Source: an uncultured Candidatus Binatia bacterium
Lineage (GTDB): Bacteria; Desulfobacterota; Binatia; Bin18
Length of the DNA stretch: 64,000 nucleotides
Reading direction: 5' to 3'
Assembly (NCBI GenBank): GCA_965200965.1
Contig: OZ241744.1
Location: 448,001-512,000, forward strand
Position 1 is the first letter of the stretch. Each line of letters begins with the position of its first letter. The position numbers were made by a program, and so were the translations under genes. Below the pieces are notes generated by a model. It saw only the letters and a program-made list of their open reading frames with translations. It did no database searches and was not told where the DNA came from. Below, in pieces: positions 37,537 to 49,877 of the stretch.

Positions 37537-39560
37537 AATGTCGCCATCGCCTCCCGATGCCCGGCCAGAATCAACGTATCGGTGGCGTGCAGGGGTTGGT
37601 CGGGCTGGGGCAGGTAGTCGCGTGGGCCCGTGTTCCCGGTCGTCCGGACGGCCAGAACAGTGACATTATAGCGGGCGCGCAGGTCAAGTTCTTTGATCGT
37701 TTTGCCGCTGAAGGCGGCCGGCAGATGGAGCGCGACGACCGTATACTGGGGCGACAAGGTGAGGGCGTTGCGACGCTGGGACGAGCCGAGCGGCAGGGTC
37801 CCCAGAAACTCTTTGCGCAACACCTCACGGTTATACAGGTCAACCACATCCTGCTGGGCCACCACCCCGACCACCTTGGGTACCGCGCCCGACTCCACCA
37901 CCGGCAGCCGCTCTGTAGCGCTGCCACTAAACTTTTCCAGGCACGCGGCCAGGGTTTCGCCTGGATAGGCCATGACCGAGACCGGCTGGGCCATGTCACG
38001 CGCAATAATCAGCCCGCTGAGTTCCCCGTCGTTCAGAAAGCCCTTGATATCGTGGAGATGAATCGCCCCGGTCAGGCGGCTGTGCTGATCAACCAGGTAG
38101 TAGTTAGGTTCTTGGGAGTCCAGAAACTTATTGACCACCTCCTCAAAGGCGGCTCCCTCGGCCAGGGTCGGGGCCGGGCTACGCATGACATCGGCGATGT
38201 GGAAGGATTGCATGACCGTCTCCTCCCTGCCCCGGAGCAGGGAGATGCCTTTGCGGGAGAGTTTCAGGGTATAGATGGAGTGGGTGTACAGATAGCGGGC
38301 GGTGACGGTACTCAAGGTACACGCAATCATCACCGGCAGAATAATCTGATAGTCTCCGGTCAGTTCAAACAGCATGAGAATGGCGGTGACCGGAGCGTGG
38401 GTCGTGCCGGCCACGACCGCGCCCATACCGACCATAGCGTAGGCTTCGGGCTCAGCGGCTAGGCCGGGCAGGACCATGTGGACGGCGTGCCCGAATAACC
38501 CCCCAGCCACCACGCCCAGAAACAAGGACGGTGAGAAGATGCCACCCGACGCGCCCGAGCCGAGGGTGGTGCAGGTGGCGATGAGTTTGATGCCGAACAG
38601 GACGGCCAAAAACTGCCATTCGGTCGCCTCGTGCAGCAGGCGATACATGGCCTCAAAACCCGTTCCATACACCTCGGGCCAGTACAGCAGCAGGCCGCCG
38701 ACGAGCAGGCCGCCGACAGTCGTCCGCAAGACTGGCGGAATGGGGCTGTGATCAAACAGGTCCTCACTCTTATACAGGACGCGAATGAAGATGACAGCTA
38801 CGAGTCCCATCAGGATGCCGAGCAGGGCGTACAGGGGCACCTCGCCATAGTGCAGCAAGGAGTACTGGGGAATCTGAAAGGCCGGGACGTTGCCCAGATA
38901 CGCGCGTGAGACCGCGGTCGCCAGCACAGACGAGAGCACAATCGGTGCAAACGCTGGAACGGCGAAATTACCCAGAATCACCTCCAGGGCAAAGAAGGTC
39001 CCGGCAATCGGGGCGTTAAAGGTGGCCGCAATTCCGCCCGCCGCCCCACAGCCAACCAGCGTCCGCACCTGGTCTGGGGACAGCCGCAGCATCTGCCCGC
39101 AGCTCGAACCCAGGGTCGAGCCAATCTGGATGACAGGACCCTCGCGGCCGGTTGAGCCACCCGTGCCGATCGTTACCGCTGAAGCCACGGTTTTGGCCAG
39201 CGCCACCCGGGCTCGGATGACACCCCCCCGGAGGGCGACGGCTTCCATGACCTCTGGCACCCCGTGTCCCTTGGCCTCAACCGCCCAGCGGGTGATAATT
39301 GGCGTGACCAGCAGGCCGCCGATAGCCGGCAGACACAGCTTCCAATACCACGGCAGGGTCGGGAGTATGGCCAGCGGAGAGGTTGAGCCAAGGGCGATTT
39401 TCTGGACAAGGTGGAGCAGTTCGTGAAAGCCAATCGCCACCACGCCGACGAGCAGCCCAACCACACAGGCCAGCACAATGTTGACGCCCTGCTGTCGGGT
39501 TTGCAGCAGGGCCAGGAGTTTGTGGGTGAGAGGGGGTTCGGGGGGGGCTGTCTCGGCCAT
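37503..39560 (-). CDS. CLC chloride channel/antiporter with CBS pair and TrkA-C domain
   Basis: GHGVPE, GREGP, GGIFSP; C-terminal GKTIKELDLRARYNVTVLAV. Confidence 0.9.
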   Translation of the reverse strand: MAETAPPEPPLTHKLLALLQTRQQGVNIVLACVVGLLVGVVAIGFHELLHLVQKIALGSTSPLAILPTLPWYWKLCLPAIGGLLVTPIITRWAVEAKGHGVPEVMEAVALRGGVIRARVALAKTVASAVTIGTGGSTGREGPVIQIGSTLGSSCGQMLRLSPDQVRTLVGCGAAGGIAATFNAPIAGTFFALEVILGNFAVPAFAPIVLSSVLATAVSRAYLGNVPAFQIPQYSLLHYGEVPLYALLGILMGLVAVIFIRVLYKSEDLFDHSPIPPVLRTTVGGLLVGGLLLYWPEVYGTGFEAMYRLLHEATEWQFLAVLFGIKLIATCTTLGSGASGGIFSPSLFLGVVAGGLFGHAVHMVLPGLAAEPEAYAMVGMGAVVAGTTHAPVTAILMLFELTGDYQIILPVMIACTLSTVTARYLYTHSIYTLKLSRKGISLLRGREETVMQSFHIADVMRSPAPTLAEGAAFEEVVNKFLDSQEPNYYLVDQHSRLTGAIHLHDIKGFLNDGELSGLIIARDMAQPVSVMAYPGETLAACLEKFSGSATERLPVVESGAVPKVVGVVAQQDVVDLYNREVLRKEFLGTLPLGSSQRRNALTLSPQYTVVALHLPAAFSGKTIKELDLRARYNVTVLAVRTTGNTGPRDYLPQPDQPLHATDTLILAGHREAMATFQQRVSTDAEP

Positions 39561-39671
39561 GACGTATTGTGTGCTATCCGTGTCGCCTTGTCCACTTTGG
39601 GGGCGTACGCTTGACTTTCCTGGACGAGCGTCTATCCTGGTAGACATTGCCTGAGAGGAGGTGATTGCTTC

Positions 39672-39869
39672 ATGGCAGGTGTTCGGGTGAAAGAAAGCGA
39701 ACCCATAGAAAGCGCCATCCGCCGTTTTAAGAAGCAGTGCGAGAAGGCCGGTATTCTCCAGGAACTCAAAAAACGCGAGCACTATGAAAAACCGAGCGTG
39801 CGCCGCAAACGGAAAGCCGTCGCCGCCAGAAAACGTGCCTTACGTCGGGCCAGCCGTTCGTTCTACTAG
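39672..39869 (+). CDS. rpsU: 30S ribosomal protein S21
   Basis: [21 protein letters not shown]. Confidence 0.97.
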   Translation: MAGVRVKESEPIESAIRRFKKQCEKAGILQELKKREHYEKPSVRRKRKAVAARKRALRRASRSFY

Positions 39870-39980
39870 TTCTCCCTGAGTTGCCCCGCCCGTGCTGCCT
39901 GTCTCCACATCCGCCCGGGTCTTGCTGTACGCGGGGTACGGCGGCTGTCATCAAACCCCGCAGATCGAGAGGTCGCCCGC

Positions 39981-41768
39981 ATGGCAGACCGGATCCCCGA
40001 GGCTAGCTTGGCCGAGATCCGCGCCCGTATCAGTATTGTTGACCTGATCTCGGGCTATGTCGCCCTGAACAAAGCGGGCCGTAGCCATATGGGCCTGTGT
40101 CCTTTTCACGCCGAGAAGACCCCGTCCTTTAGCGTGCATGAGGAACGCGGCTTTTTTCATTGCTTTGGCTGTCAGGCCAGTGGCAGTGTGTTCACTTTTG
40201 TCTCCAAAATTGAGGGCCTCACCTTCCCGGAAGCAGTGCGCCGGCTGGCCAAACAGGCCGGCGTAACCCTGCCGGCGAGCCGTGACCCCCAGGCTCAGGA
40301 AAGCGCCCGTCTGTACCGTCTCAACGAACTGGCCAGTGTCTATTTTCAGCGCTGCCTGGCCGGCCCCGGCGGGGGCGGTGCCCGACGATATGTAGCTCAA
40401 CGCGGGCTCCAGCCCGAAGTGGTCAAACACTTCCGGCTGGGCTTTGCTCCGCCCGGCTGGAATGGTCTGGTCCGCTTTTTGACCGCTCAGAAGGCCGACC
40501 TGCGCGCCGCCGCGCGGCTGGGCCTCATCGGCGAGCGAGAGGGGGGCGGCTATTATGACAAGTTCTGCCAGCGTCTGATGTTTCCGATTACCGATGTGGT
40601 CGGCCAGCCGGTCGGCTTTGGCGGACGGCTGTTGCCCCAGGCTGAGCAGGCCGGGCAGCCCTCGGCAGCGCAGCGGTCGCCCCGCTCCTCGCCCAAATAC
40701 ATCAATTCGTCGGAGTCTGCGGTGTATAAAAAGGCGAGGCTGGTCTACGGCTTGGCCCAGGCCAAGGCCGCCATCAAGAGCCGTGAGCGCGCCCTGCTTG
40801 TTGAGGGTTATATTGACCTGCTGGCTCTTGTCCAGCACGGCTATAGCGAGACGGTTGCCGTTTTGGGAACGGCCCTGACGCTTGATCAGCTCAGGCAGCT
40901 ACGTCGCTTTACCCGCGAAGTCTATCTCTTTTTTGATGGCGACGAGGCCGGACGACGGGCGGCAACCCGGGCCTATCCCCTGTGTCTGGACGCCGAGGTG
41001 AACGGTCGGGGAATTTTTCTGCCCCAGGACGAGGACCCCGACTCCTTTGTCCGCGGACACGGCCGGGCTGCGCTGGACGACCTGATTGAGCGGGCCGAGT
41101 CGCTCCAGGATTTCTATCTGCGTCGTCACTCTCTCCCCCCCGGAGCGTCTGCTTTTCAACGGGCGCAGGCTGCACGCGAGGCGCTTTCCGAGCTCAAACC
41201 GAGCGATATAGTGCTCCGAGGGGCGCTGCTGACGCAGCTCGCCCAGCACTTTGGGGTGCATGAAGAGGAGCTCCGCGGCTCGGCAGCGGACACCTCACAT
41301 CGCCCGCCGCCTGCGGCCCAGCGCCGGCCTCGTCGTCCGCCTGCTCCCTCTCCCCAGGCTGTGGTGGAGACGGAGTTGCTGTATCTGATGCTCATTGACC
41401 GCCAGCTCGCCCTGCGGGCCGCCAGTGAGGGCCTTGTCGCCGCTTTTCAACACTGGCCGGCGCTGGCCGCAGACCTTGTGGCGGCGTGGCAGGAACACGA
41501 CCAGATTGATGTCGGGACTGTGTTGGACACCTTCCCCCAAGAGCTGGCAGGACTGGCCGCCCGGGTCAGCCGGGCCGATGTCCAGGAGCCGTCCGATGCG
41601 GAAACCGGGCAGCGCGAACAGATGTTCGCCGATTGTGTCCGGCGGCTGCAAACCACCCGCCGCAAATCCGCCCGTGAACAGCTCCAGCAACAGATTCGGG
41701 AAGCCGAGCTGAGGGGCGATGACGAGGCTGTCCGCCGCAGCCTCCAGCAGCTGCAACGGCTGGGATAG
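39981..41768 (+). CDS. dnaG: DNA primase
   Basis: CPFHAEKTPSF, HCFGC, FGGR, PKYINS, VEGYID, FDGDEAG, DPD. Confidence 0.96.
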   Translation: MADRIPEASLAEIRARISIVDLISGYVALNKAGRSHMGLCPFHAEKTPSFSVHEERGFFHCFGCQASGSVFTFVSKIEGLTFPEAVRRLAKQAGVTLPASRDPQAQESARLYRLNELASVYFQRCLAGPGGGGARRYVAQRGLQPEVVKHFRLGFAPPGWNGLVRFLTAQKADLRAAARLGLIGEREGGGYYDKFCQRLMFPITDVVGQPVGFGGRLLPQAEQAGQPSAAQRSPRSSPKYINSSESAVYKKARLVYGLAQAKAAIKSRERALLVEGYIDLLALVQHGYSETVAVLGTALTLDQLRQLRRFTREVYLFFDGDEAGRRAATRAYPLCLDAEVNGRGIFLPQDEDPDSFVRGHGRAALDDLIERAESLQDFYLRRHSLPPGASAFQRAQAAREALSELKPSDIVLRGALLTQLAQHFGVHEEELRGSAADTSHRPPPAAQRRPRRPPAPSPQAVVETELLYLMLIDRQLALRAASEGLVAAFQHWPALAADLVAAWQEHDQIDVGTVLDTFPQELAGLAARVSRADVQEPSDAETGQREQMFADCVRRLQTTRRKSAREQLQQQIREAELRGDDEAVRRSLQQLQRLG

Positions 41769-41851
41769 GAAAGGTGAGGAGAAACACGCGAGCGAGCAGT
41801 AGGCATCCTGCCGGGCGTGTGCTATGAAGGAGCGCAGTTCAGGCCGTGTCA

Positions 41852-41925
<74 letters not shown>

Positions 41926-41987
41926 TATGTTGAACTCTTCGCTCTCGACCCGTTCGACATCAGGAGACAAGCGAAAGGAGATATTCG

Positions 41988-42731
41988 TTGGCCACACAGA
42001 CCGAGGTGCTGGCTGCGCTTCAGGAGCTTGACCAAGGGCTGCATCGCAAAGCACAGCTTCTGCAAGCGTTGCGTCAGCACCTGACCGCTATTGGATCAGA
42101 GATAGAGCACACCGAGCAGGAGGCGGCAACCCAATACCAGAAGGTGCAGGAGCTTGAGGCCCAGCGCCGTGACATCGAAGGGCGGCTTGAACTGGAAGAA
42201 GACAAAATCAAGGAAAAGCGGGTCCGCCTGAACCGCATCCGCAATGAGCGGGAAATGCTCGCCGGCCAGCGAGAGATCGAACTGATGCGAGAAGAAAAAG
42301 GCACGCTGGAAGAGAGCGCCCTGCTGCTGCTTGAACAGATAGAACACGAGAACGAGGGCTTGGTGCAGAGCCAAGCCCGCTTGGCAGAACTCAAGGTCCA
42401 GCACCAGCAGGAAGTGGAGCGGACGGACAGCCAGATCGTGGCCCTGGAACACGAATCGCGGCAGCAGCGCGAGGAGCGCAACGGCCTGATCGGCTCTCTT
42501 GACCCAAGCCTCCAGAGCCGCTACGAGCGCGTCTTCGCCAAATGCGGCGAGCTGGCCGTGGTGCAGGTTCAACAGGGGACCTGCCAGGGCTGCCACATGC
42601 GACTTCCGCCCCAGCTGTGCAATCAGCTCCAGAGCAGTCAGCTTCAGCAGTCTGAAAAAATTTATTACTGTCCGCACTGCACGCGGATCATCTATCGGCC
42701 GGAGTCTGCTGAGGAGGAACCCGATGCCTGA
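41988..42731 (+). CDS. coiled-coil C4 zinc-ribbon protein (DUF164-like)
   Basis: LQELD, long coiled coil, CQGCHMRLPPQ, CPHCTRII; TTG start. Confidence 0.85.
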   Translation: MATQTEVLAALQELDQGLHRKAQLLQALRQHLTAIGSEIEHTEQEAATQYQKVQELEAQRRDIEGRLELEEDKIKEKRVRLNRIRNEREMLAGQREIELMREEKGTLEESALLLLEQIEHENEGLVQSQARLAELKVQHQQEVERTDSQIVALEHESRQQREERNGLIGSLDPSLQSRYERVFAKCGELAVVQVQQGTCQGCHMRLPPQLCNQLQSSQLQQSEKIYYCPHCTRIIYRPESAEEEPDA

Positions 42732-42747
42732 CCCGGGCCGTCAGTGT

Positions 42748-43134
42748 GAGAGGAGATTACATGGTCGCGGGCCTGCCCGCCAGGTTCGAGGAAAGTCCGG
42801 ACTCCTTGGGGAAGGGTGGCCGCTAACCGCGGCCGGCCGTGAGGCAGGGAAAGTGCCACAGAAAAGAGACCGCCGGAGTGGCCCCGGGCCGCTCTGAGCA
42901 AGGGTGAAAAGGCGAGGTAAGAGCTCACCAGGTCCCTGAGACATTGGGGACGCTGGGCAAACCCCACCCGGAGCAAGACCAAATAGGAAGGAGTCCGTTT
43001 GCGGACAAGAGCTACCCCACTCTGCCTTCCGGGTTCGGTCGCTGGAGCGGTGCGGCAACGTGCTGCCAAGAGGAATGACCATGACCCCGGCGTGTTGTGC
43101 CGGGGAACAGAATCCGGCTTATCGATCTCCTCTC
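42748..43134 (+). ncRNA. rnpB: RNase P RNA (type A)
   Basis: GAGGAAAGTCCGGACTCC, GGGAAAGTGCCACAGAAA, GGTAAGAGCTCACC, ACAGAATCCGGCTTA; P1 GAGAGGAGAT/ATCTCCTCTC. Confidence 0.95.
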
Positions 43135-43173
43135 CTCCCCCACCACCAGTCGCTCGGGAGAGAACCCATCGTC

Positions 43174-45129
43174 ATGCCAGACCACAGCGTCCGACCGATC
43201 CAGGCTTTGCCCCGTCTCCTCTTACTGTTGCCCTGTTTGCTCCCGGTGGGAAGCGGACTCCAGGCCGCCCAAAGCGCGGTCGTTCAGGCCGTATCGGCCA
43301 CCTCCGAGCAGGTCTCCATTGTGCTGTCTGCCCCGACGAGCTTCCGGTACGCGGGTCTGAAGGCCGACCCGGCCCACAAACGGCCACACCGCTGCTATGT
43401 GGACATTGCTCCAGCCGGGCTGGGCGAGCGTATTGTGGCGAGCATTGAGGTCCGGCGTGGGGTGGTGCAGCGCGTTCGGACAGCCCAGTTCCGACCAGAC
43501 ACCGCCCGGATTGTGATCGATCTGGCCGACGCCCGCGCCTGCCAGGTTCAGGCCCTCACCAACCCCTACCGGGTCGTCGTTCGTATTGAAGGGGCTGCAG
43601 CCGTTCCGCGGCTGACCCAACTAGCAGCCATCGCCAAGGCTTCGCTCAGCGACATTGCCCTACCCCTGGCCGTGCCCGCGGGGCCGCGTCACACACAGAC
43701 GGCCCCGCCCTTCCACCCCGTCGGCTCGTCCGAGCCACATATGACCCTGTCGTCAGGACCGCCCGCAGCTCCGCCGGCCGTGACACCGGCACCCCAGGCT
43801 GCACCATCGCCCCTGGTGAGACAGCCAGAGCTTGGGCCAGACCCCGAGCCAGCCCTCGGCCACGGCCAGCTTATTCCCCTGGCCGAGGCCTATCGTTTGG
43901 CCATCGACAACGAAGAGCGGATCAAGATCGCCAGCCACGAACTGGGCAAAGCCCGCCTGCTACCGTGGCGGGCCATCGCCCAGCTCACCCCACGCGGTGA
44001 TATCCAGGGAACCTATACCCGCAATAAAGACGAGATATCGTTTGTGGGTGGCAATATCCTTCCGCCCGGAGCCGAAAGCCTCTTTTCGACCGGCTCTGTG
44101 ATTCGTCCGCTCGATCGCTGGACGGGGATTTTTCGGATCACCCAACCCATCCTGGAGCCGGCTTTTTTTGCCACTCGCCAGCTGAGCAAAGCGGCCGTCC
44201 GAGAGAGCGCCGAACGCTATGCGTTCACCGTCCGGGAGGTATTGTTCGGCGTGGCCCGCGCCTATTACGGCGTGCTGCGCTCCCAGGCCCAGGCACGCAT
44301 TGCCACAGAGACCTTGGGCCTGGGCCAGGACGAACTGCGCCAAGCCCAGGTCCGCTTCCGGGTTGGCGAAGTCACCAAGACCGATGTCTTGCGGGCTGAG
44401 GTGGCCGTTGAGCAGGCGCGGCGACAGGTGGTGACAGACCGCAATCGGCTCAGGCTGGCCTTCACGACTCTGGCCAGAACGATTGGCGTGCCTGAACCGC
44501 TGGCCGTGGCCCAGCCTGAGCCGCTGGCCTACAGCCCGCTGCCCTACGAGCGGCTGTTGGAGCAGGCCTATAGCCAGCGCCAGGATTTGCGCGCCCAGGA
44601 ACTCCTGGTGGAGGTTGCCCGGCAGCGGAAAAATCTGGTTCTTGCCCGCTATGCTCCGCGGGTGAATGCCCGCTGGGAGTTTCCTCGGCTGGACGCCGAA
44701 ACCTTCGCCGAGCGGGACAAGTTCTGGACCCTGTTTCTGAACTTTGAGGTTCCGCTGTTTGACGGCGGGGCGCGGGAACTGGATTTGATAGAAGAAAATA
44801 AGAATCTCTTCCAGGCCCAGTTGCGTGTTGAGCAGTTTCGCAAGGACATTCAGGTCGAGCTCAGAGACGCCCTGCTGACCGTTGAAACGCTCGGCTCGAC
44901 GCTTGACACGCTGGAAAAAGAGGTCAACCTGGCTCAGGAAAACTACACGATTACCTCAAAACAATACCGTGTGGGCTTGGCCACCAGTCTTGACCTCAAC
45001 ACCGCCCTGAACGCCCTGAATCAGGTGCGGACCCAGCTGACCGACCAGACCTACGCCTATCAGATCGCCCTGCTGCGCTTGCGGCAAACGACCGGGGTGT
45101 TTGCCACCGACTATCTGCCTCAGCGCTGA
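43174..45129 (+). CDS. AMIN domain fused to TolC-family outer membrane protein
   Basis: signal peptide; RCYVDI...[17 protein letters not shown]...NPYRVVV (AMIN); Pro-rich linker; OEP repeats ([28 protein letters not shown]). Confidence 0.8.
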   Translation: MPDHSVRPIQALPRLLLLLPCLLPVGSGLQAAQSAVVQAVSATSEQVSIVLSAPTSFRYAGLKADPAHKRPHRCYVDIAPAGLGERIVASIEVRRGVVQRVRTAQFRPDTARIVIDLADARACQVQALTNPYRVVVRIEGAAAVPRLTQLAAIAKASLSDIALPLAVPAGPRHTQTAPPFHPVGSSEPHMTLSSGPPAAPPAVTPAPQAAPSPLVRQPELGPDPEPALGHGQLIPLAEAYRLAIDNEERIKIASHELGKARLLPWRAIAQLTPRGDIQGTYTRNKDEISFVGGNILPPGAESLFSTGSVIRPLDRWTGIFRITQPILEPAFFATRQLSKAAVRESAERYAFTVREVLFGVARAYYGVLRSQAQARIATETLGLGQDELRQAQVRFRVGEVTKTDVLRAEVAVEQARRQVVTDRNRLRLAFTTLARTIGVPEPLAVAQPEPLAYSPLPYERLLEQAYSQRQDLRAQELLVEVARQRKNLVLARYAPRVNARWEFPRLDAETFAERDKFWTLFLNFEVPLFDGGARELDLIEENKNLFQAQLRVEQFRKDIQVELRDALLTVETLGSTLDTLEKEVNLAQENYTITSKQYRVGLATSLDLNTALNALNQVRTQLTDQTYAYQIALLRLRQTTGVFATDYLPQR

Positions 45130-45758
45130 CCATTGACCAGGGTGATGAACTCTTCGCGGGTCGCCTGCTGGCTGCGGAAGGAGCCCAGCATAGCGCTGGT
45201 GGTGACAATGGAGTTCTGTTTCTCGACCCCGCGCATCCGCATGCACAGGTGTTCGGCGCGGATAATCACGCCTACTCCCAAGGGGTCTAAGCCGTCCATA
45301 ATCGTGTTGGCAATCTGGGTCGTCAAGCGTTCCTGCACCTGCAAGCGACGGGAGAATACCTCGACGAGGCGTGGAATTTTACTCAGCCCGACAATATGGT
45401 GTTTCGGAATATAGGCCACGTTGGCGCGGCCAAAAAAGGGCAGGAGGTGGTGCTCGCACAGTGAGTAGAAATCAATGTCCCGGACCAGGACCATCTCTTG
45501 ATAGTCTTCCTCGGTGAAGATCGCCTGACCAATGACCGCTCTGGGGTCTTGGGCGTAGCCCCGGGCCAGGTACTCAAAGGAGCGGGCGACCCGCTCAGGG
45601 GTTTTGGCCAGCCCCTCCCGCTCGGGGTCTTCGCCCATGTATTCGAGAATCTGCCGAACGCTGGCTTTGAGGCCGGTGGCGGCCGTGTGGCTTTCGGGCT
45701 GGGCCACGGCCTTGTGGGGGGAGCCGTTTTTGCGTGAGTGGACACGCGGATTACCCAT
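45120..45758 (-). CDS. folE: GTP cyclohydrolase I
   Basis: [34 protein letters not shown]. Confidence 0.97.
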   Translation of the reverse strand: MGNPRVHSRKNGSPHKAVAQPESHTAATGLKASVRQILEYMGEDPEREGLAKTPERVARSFEYLARGYAQDPRAVIGQAIFTEEDYQEMVLVRDIDFYSLCEHHLLPFFGRANVAYIPKHHIVGLSKIPRLVEVFSRRLQVQERLTTQIANTIMDGLDPLGVGVIIRAEHLCMRMRGVEKQNSIVTTSAMLGSFRSQQATREEFITLVNGQR

Positions 45759-45787
45759 CGATCTATTCTCCTCCTTGCGGGGTGAGG

Positions 45788-47416
45788 TTACATCCGAAAC
45801 ACGCCAACCTGATGGTCGGCAATGGGGGCGTTGAGCGACATGGCAATACTCAGGCCAAGCACCGTGCGGGTCTCTTGCGGGTCAAGAATGCCGTCGTCCC
45901 ACAGGCGGGCGGTCGAATAGTACGGGCTGCTCTCTTGCTCGTATTTGGCCAGGGTCGGGGCGCTGAAGGCCCGCTGTTCGTCGAGGCTCATGGTCTGGCC
46001 GGCCGCCGCCAGCTGTTGCAGCTTGACCGCCAGCAGCACGCCGGCCGCCTGCTCGCCGCCCATGACCGAGATGCGCGAGTTGGGCCACATGAACAGCAGC
46101 CGGGGCGAATAGGCGCGGCCACACATGCCGTAATTCCCCGCCCCGTTTGAGGCACCGATGATGACGGTGAACTTTGGGACCTGGGCGTTGGCCACCGCGT
46201 GGACCATTTTGGCCCCGTCTTTGGCAATCCCGCCCTGTTCATATTTTTTGCCGACCATGAAGCCGGTAATGTTTTGCAGGAACAGCAGCGGCACCTTGCG
46301 CTGAGCGCACATCTCGATGAAATGGGTGGCCTTGAGCGCGGACTCTGAGAACAGCACGCCATTATTGGCCACAATGCCGACTAGATAGCCATGAATGCGG
46401 GCGAAGCCGGTCACGACGGTCTGACTGTAGCGGGGCTTGAACTCGTGCAGGCGGCTGCCGTCAACCAGACGGGCAATCACCTCATGCACATCGTAGGGCA
46501 GCCGGATGTCGTGGGGAATGACCCCGTACAACTCGGCTGGATCATAGGCCGGGTTTTCGGGGGCTTGGCGGTCAAGCGGAAACTTCCGGGGACGGGGGAA
46601 GTTCTCAAAAATTGAGCGGGTTATGGCCAAAGCGTCCTCGTCGTCCTCAGCCAGATGATCGGACACCCCTGAGATGCGGGTATGGACATCGCCGCCGCCC
46701 AGTTCCTCGGCCGACACTTCCTCGCCGGTCGCCGCCTTGACCAGTGGCGGTCCGCCCAGAAAGATGGTCCCCCGGTTTTTGACAATGATGTTTTCATCAG
46801 CCATAGCCGGCACATAGGCCCCGCCGGCCGTACACGAGCCCATCACAACGGCGATTTGCGGGATGCCCCGGGCCGACATGCGGGCTTCGTTATAAAAGAT
46901 GCGGCCAAAGTGCTCGCGGTCGGGGAAAATATCGGCCTGGAGGGGCAGATTGGCCCCGCCAGAGTCTACCAGGTAGACACACGGCAGACGGTTTTCCTGG
47001 GCAATTTCCTGTGCCCGCAGGTGTTTTTTCACGCTGATCGGATAATAGGTGCCGCCTTTGACCGTTGCGTCGTTTGAGACAATGATGGCTTCCCGGCCCT
47101 GGATCAGACCGATGGCGGTCGCAATCCCGGCCGATGGTGGATCGTCGTACATTCCGGAGGCGGCCAGCGGTGAGAGTTCGAGCAGGGGGCTGTTCGGGTC
47201 AACCAGGGCTTCGATACGCTCGCGGGCCAGGAGTTTGCCGCGGGCTGTGTGCCGCTGGCGGGAGGCTTCCGGGCCGCCCTGCCGGGCTTGGCCAAGCCGC
47301 TCTTTCAACTCAGCCACCAAACTGCTCATGTGTTCAAAATTGGCCCGAAACTCTGGGCTGTTTGGGCGAACTTTGCTTTCGATACGGTCCATGCGCAGGG
47401 GTGTCTTTCTGGTCAT
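45788..47416 (-). CDS. methylcrotonyl-CoA carboxylase beta-type carboxyltransferase
   Basis: [44 protein letters not shown]. Confidence 0.92.
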   Translation of the reverse strand: MTRKTPLRMDRIESKVRPNSPEFRANFEHMSSLVAELKERLGQARQGGPEASRQRHTARGKLLARERIEALVDPNSPLLELSPLAASGMYDDPPSAGIATAIGLIQGREAIIVSNDATVKGGTYYPISVKKHLRAQEIAQENRLPCVYLVDSGGANLPLQADIFPDREHFGRIFYNEARMSARGIPQIAVVMGSCTAGGAYVPAMADENIIVKNRGTIFLGGPPLVKAATGEEVSAEELGGGDVHTRISGVSDHLAEDDEDALAITRSIFENFPRPRKFPLDRQAPENPAYDPAELYGVIPHDIRLPYDVHEVIARLVDGSRLHEFKPRYSQTVVTGFARIHGYLVGIVANNGVLFSESALKATHFIEMCAQRKVPLLFLQNITGFMVGKKYEQGGIAKDGAKMVHAVANAQVPKFTVIIGASNGAGNYGMCGRAYSPRLLFMWPNSRISVMGGEQAAGVLLAVKLQQLAAAGQTMSLDEQRAFSAPTLAKYEQESSPYYSTARLWDDGILDPQETRTVLGLSIAMSLNAPIADHQVGVFRM

Positions 47417-47433
47417 GCCGGCCAGGCGGCATG

Positions 47434-48363
47434 CTAGGCAAAGTGCGGAATAATCGCCGTGCCGTACAACTCAATCTGCGGGATGAGTTCGTTGGGCGGC
47501 ACAATCGGCCACAGCACAAACTTGGAGCAGCCGATATCGACATAGGACTGCACCTTGTCAATACATTCTTCCGGCGTCCCAATCGCGCACCGGGCGACCA
47601 GAGCTTCCTGGGGCAGGGGGAAGCCCTGGAGAAAGCGGCCGGCAATGTCCTGGGCGCGTTTGCGGTCTGGGTCAACGCAGCTCAGAATCAGCACCCCAGC
47701 CTCACGGGGGTCAATCTCGCGTCCGTACTGCTCGCCGTAGGCCCGCAGCTTGTCCATACCGGTGTGGAATTCGTCCGGGCTGACAAACGAGGGAAACCAG
47801 CCGTCGCCGTAGCGGGCGGTGCGTTTGAGAGCCTGGTCGGTCTTGCCGCCAATCCACACATCGAGCGTCCCTTTTTTGGGCCGGGGTTCGATGGTGACAT
47901 CTTCAAAGTGGTAGTACTGGCCCTCAAAACTGGCGTGCGGCTCGGCCCACAGTTTGCGCATGACCTGCACGCCTTCTTCCATCCGTCTGGCGCGCTCGGA
48001 CGGATCAATACCGCTGGCCAGACAGTCCTTGGGGTTGGCACCGATGCCAACCGCCATGATGACCCGGTTCTTGCCGCCCGAAATATAGTCCAGGGTGGCA
48101 TAGGTTTTGGCAACCTGGACGGGATCACGGGCGGGCAGGGTGAGCACGCTGGGGCCCATTTTGATCTTGGTGGTTCTGGCCGACCAGGCCGCCATCACGC
48201 AGCTGGTATCGAGCGAGGGGTTTCGTGATACCACATGATCGGACAGCCAAATCGAATCAATGCCGACCGCTTCGGCACTGACCGCATAGTTGAAGATTGT
48301 ATCCGGGTCTGGCATGCCAAGTTCCCACAGCCCAAAGCCGATTCCAATTTTTGTTCCGCCCAT
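47434..48363 (-). CDS. LLM-class flavin-dependent oxidoreductase
   Basis: [28 protein letters not shown]. Confidence 0.88.
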   Translation of the reverse strand: MGGTKIGIGFGLWELGMPDPDTIFNYAVSAEAVGIDSIWLSDHVVSRNPSLDTSCVMAAWSARTTKIKMGPSVLTLPARDPVQVAKTYATLDYISGGKNRVIMAVGIGANPKDCLASGIDPSERARRMEEGVQVMRKLWAEPHASFEGQYYHFEDVTIEPRPKKGTLDVWIGGKTDQALKRTARYGDGWFPSFVSPDEFHTGMDKLRAYGEQYGREIDPREAGVLILSCVDPDRKRAQDIAGRFLQGFPLPQEALVARCAIGTPEECIDKVQSYVDIGCSKFVLWPIVPPNELIPQIELYGTAIIPHFA

Positions 48364-48476
48364 GTTTACGCCTCCCGTTGCAGGTCTGGCCACCAACCTA
48401 CCAGAAAGGGGAGGGGGGAGGGAAGGTGCTTGTGGGCCGGGTGGCGCTCGGTCAGCAGAGCGATACCCCTGGGCGC

Positions 48477-49877
48477 TCAGAAGGCTGCCGAACCCGGGGT
48501 GCGGGGAAAAGGAATCACATCGCGGATGTTTTTCATGCCGGTCAGATACATCATCATGCGCTCCAGCCCGAGGCCAAACCCCGCGTGCGGGGCGGTACCG
48601 TATTTGCGGAGTTCCAGGTACCACCAGTAGCGGTCTGCCTGGAGTCCGTTTTCCCGGAGCATGTTGAGCAGCACATCGTGGCGTTCCTCGCGCTGGCTGC
48701 CGCCGATGATTTCTCCGATCCGTGGGACCAGAACGTCCATAGCCCGGACGGTTTGGCCGTCGTCGTTGCTGCGCATGTAAAAGGCTTTGATCTGCCGCGG
48801 GTAATCGGTCACGATAATCGGCCGGCCAAACACCTGTTCGGTCAGATAGCGTTCGTGCTCGGCTTGCAGGTCTACCCCCCACGATATGGGGAACTCCCAG
48901 CCTTGCCCCTGGTCCGCGGCCCGCTCCAGCAGCCGGATCGCTTCGCCGTAGGGCACACGTTCAAACGGGCTGTTGACCACATGATCGAGGGTCTCCAGCA
49001 CGCTGTTGTCGATCCGCTGGTTGAAGAACTCCAGCTCAGAGCGGCAGCCGTCAAGCACAGCGGCAATGATGTATTTCAGAAAGTCTTCAGCGACCTGGCA
49101 GTTGTCGTCAAGGTCACAGAACGCCATCTCCGGCTCAACCATCCAGAACTCGGCCAAGTGACGGGGGGTGTTGGAGTTCTCGGCCCGAAACGTCGGCCCA
49201 AAGGTGTAGACGTTTGAGAAGGCCAGGGCAAAGATCTCGGCTTCGAGCTGGCCGCTGACCGTCAGAAAGACCGGCTGGCCAAAAAAATCCTGGCTGTAAT
49301 CGACCTGCCCGGACGGCGTGCGGGGCAGATTGAGAAGATCGAGTGTGGTGACGCCAAACATTTCGCCCGCTCCCTCGGCGTCTGAGTTGGTGATAATCGG
49401 GGTGTGGATATACACAAAGCCCCGCTCCTGAAAAAAGCGGTGAATGGCAAACGAGAGCGTGTTGCGGACCCGAAAGACAGCCCCAAAGGTATTGCTGCGC
49501 GGTCGCAGGTGGGCGATATCGCGCAAGAACTCCATGCTGTGGCCCTTTTTCTGGAGCGGGTAGCTGGTCGCGTCGGTAGAGCCGTAGACCTCAATGGCGT
49601 GGGCGTGCAACTCAAGGGTCTGGCCTTTGCCGGGAGACGCTACGAGCTCACCGCTTACCCGGACGCACGAGCCGGTGCTTGCCCGGCTGAGCGTGTGGTC
49701 GGCAATCCGATCTGCCTCGGCCACGACCTGGAGCGTCTCAAAACACGAGCCGTCGTTCAGTTGGAGAAAGTGGACGCGCTTGCTGCTGCGGTGGGTTCTG
49801 ACCCATCCACACGCCTCAACTGCCGTGCCGACCGGCTTGGCCAGCAGGTCCCGTATTGCCCTGCCTCTCTCGATCAT
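48477..49877 (-). CDS. asnS: asparagine--tRNA ligase
   Basis: [44 protein letters not shown]. Confidence 0.96.
   Translation of the reverse strand: MIERGRAIRDLLAKPVGTAVEACGWVRTHRSSKRVHFLQLNDGSCFETLQVVAEADRIADHTLSRASTGSCVRVSGELVASPGKGQTLELHAHAIEVYGSTDATSYPLQKKGHSMEFLRDIAHLRPRSNTFGAVFRVRNTLSFAIHRFFQERGFVYIHTPIITNSDAEGAGEMFGVTTLDLLNLPRTPSGQVDYSQDFFGQPVFLTVSGQLEAEIFALAFSNVYTFGPTFRAENSNTPRHLAEFWMVEPEMAFCDLDDNCQVAEDFLKYIIAAVLDGCRSELEFFNQRIDNSVLETLDHVVNSPFERVPYGEAIRLLERAADQGQGWEFPISWGVDLQAEHERYLTEQVFGRPIIVTDYPRQIKAFYMRSNDDGQTVRAMDVLVPRIGEIIGGSQREERHDVLLNMLRENGLQADRYWWYLELRKYGTAPHAGFGLGLERMMMYLTGMKNIRDVIPFPRTPGSAAF

Noticed and set aside
42692-43173. ORFs over 42692-43082 and the long N-terminal extension of the TolC ORF
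   Set aside because: They overlap RNase P RNA; ATG43174 is the more plausible start.
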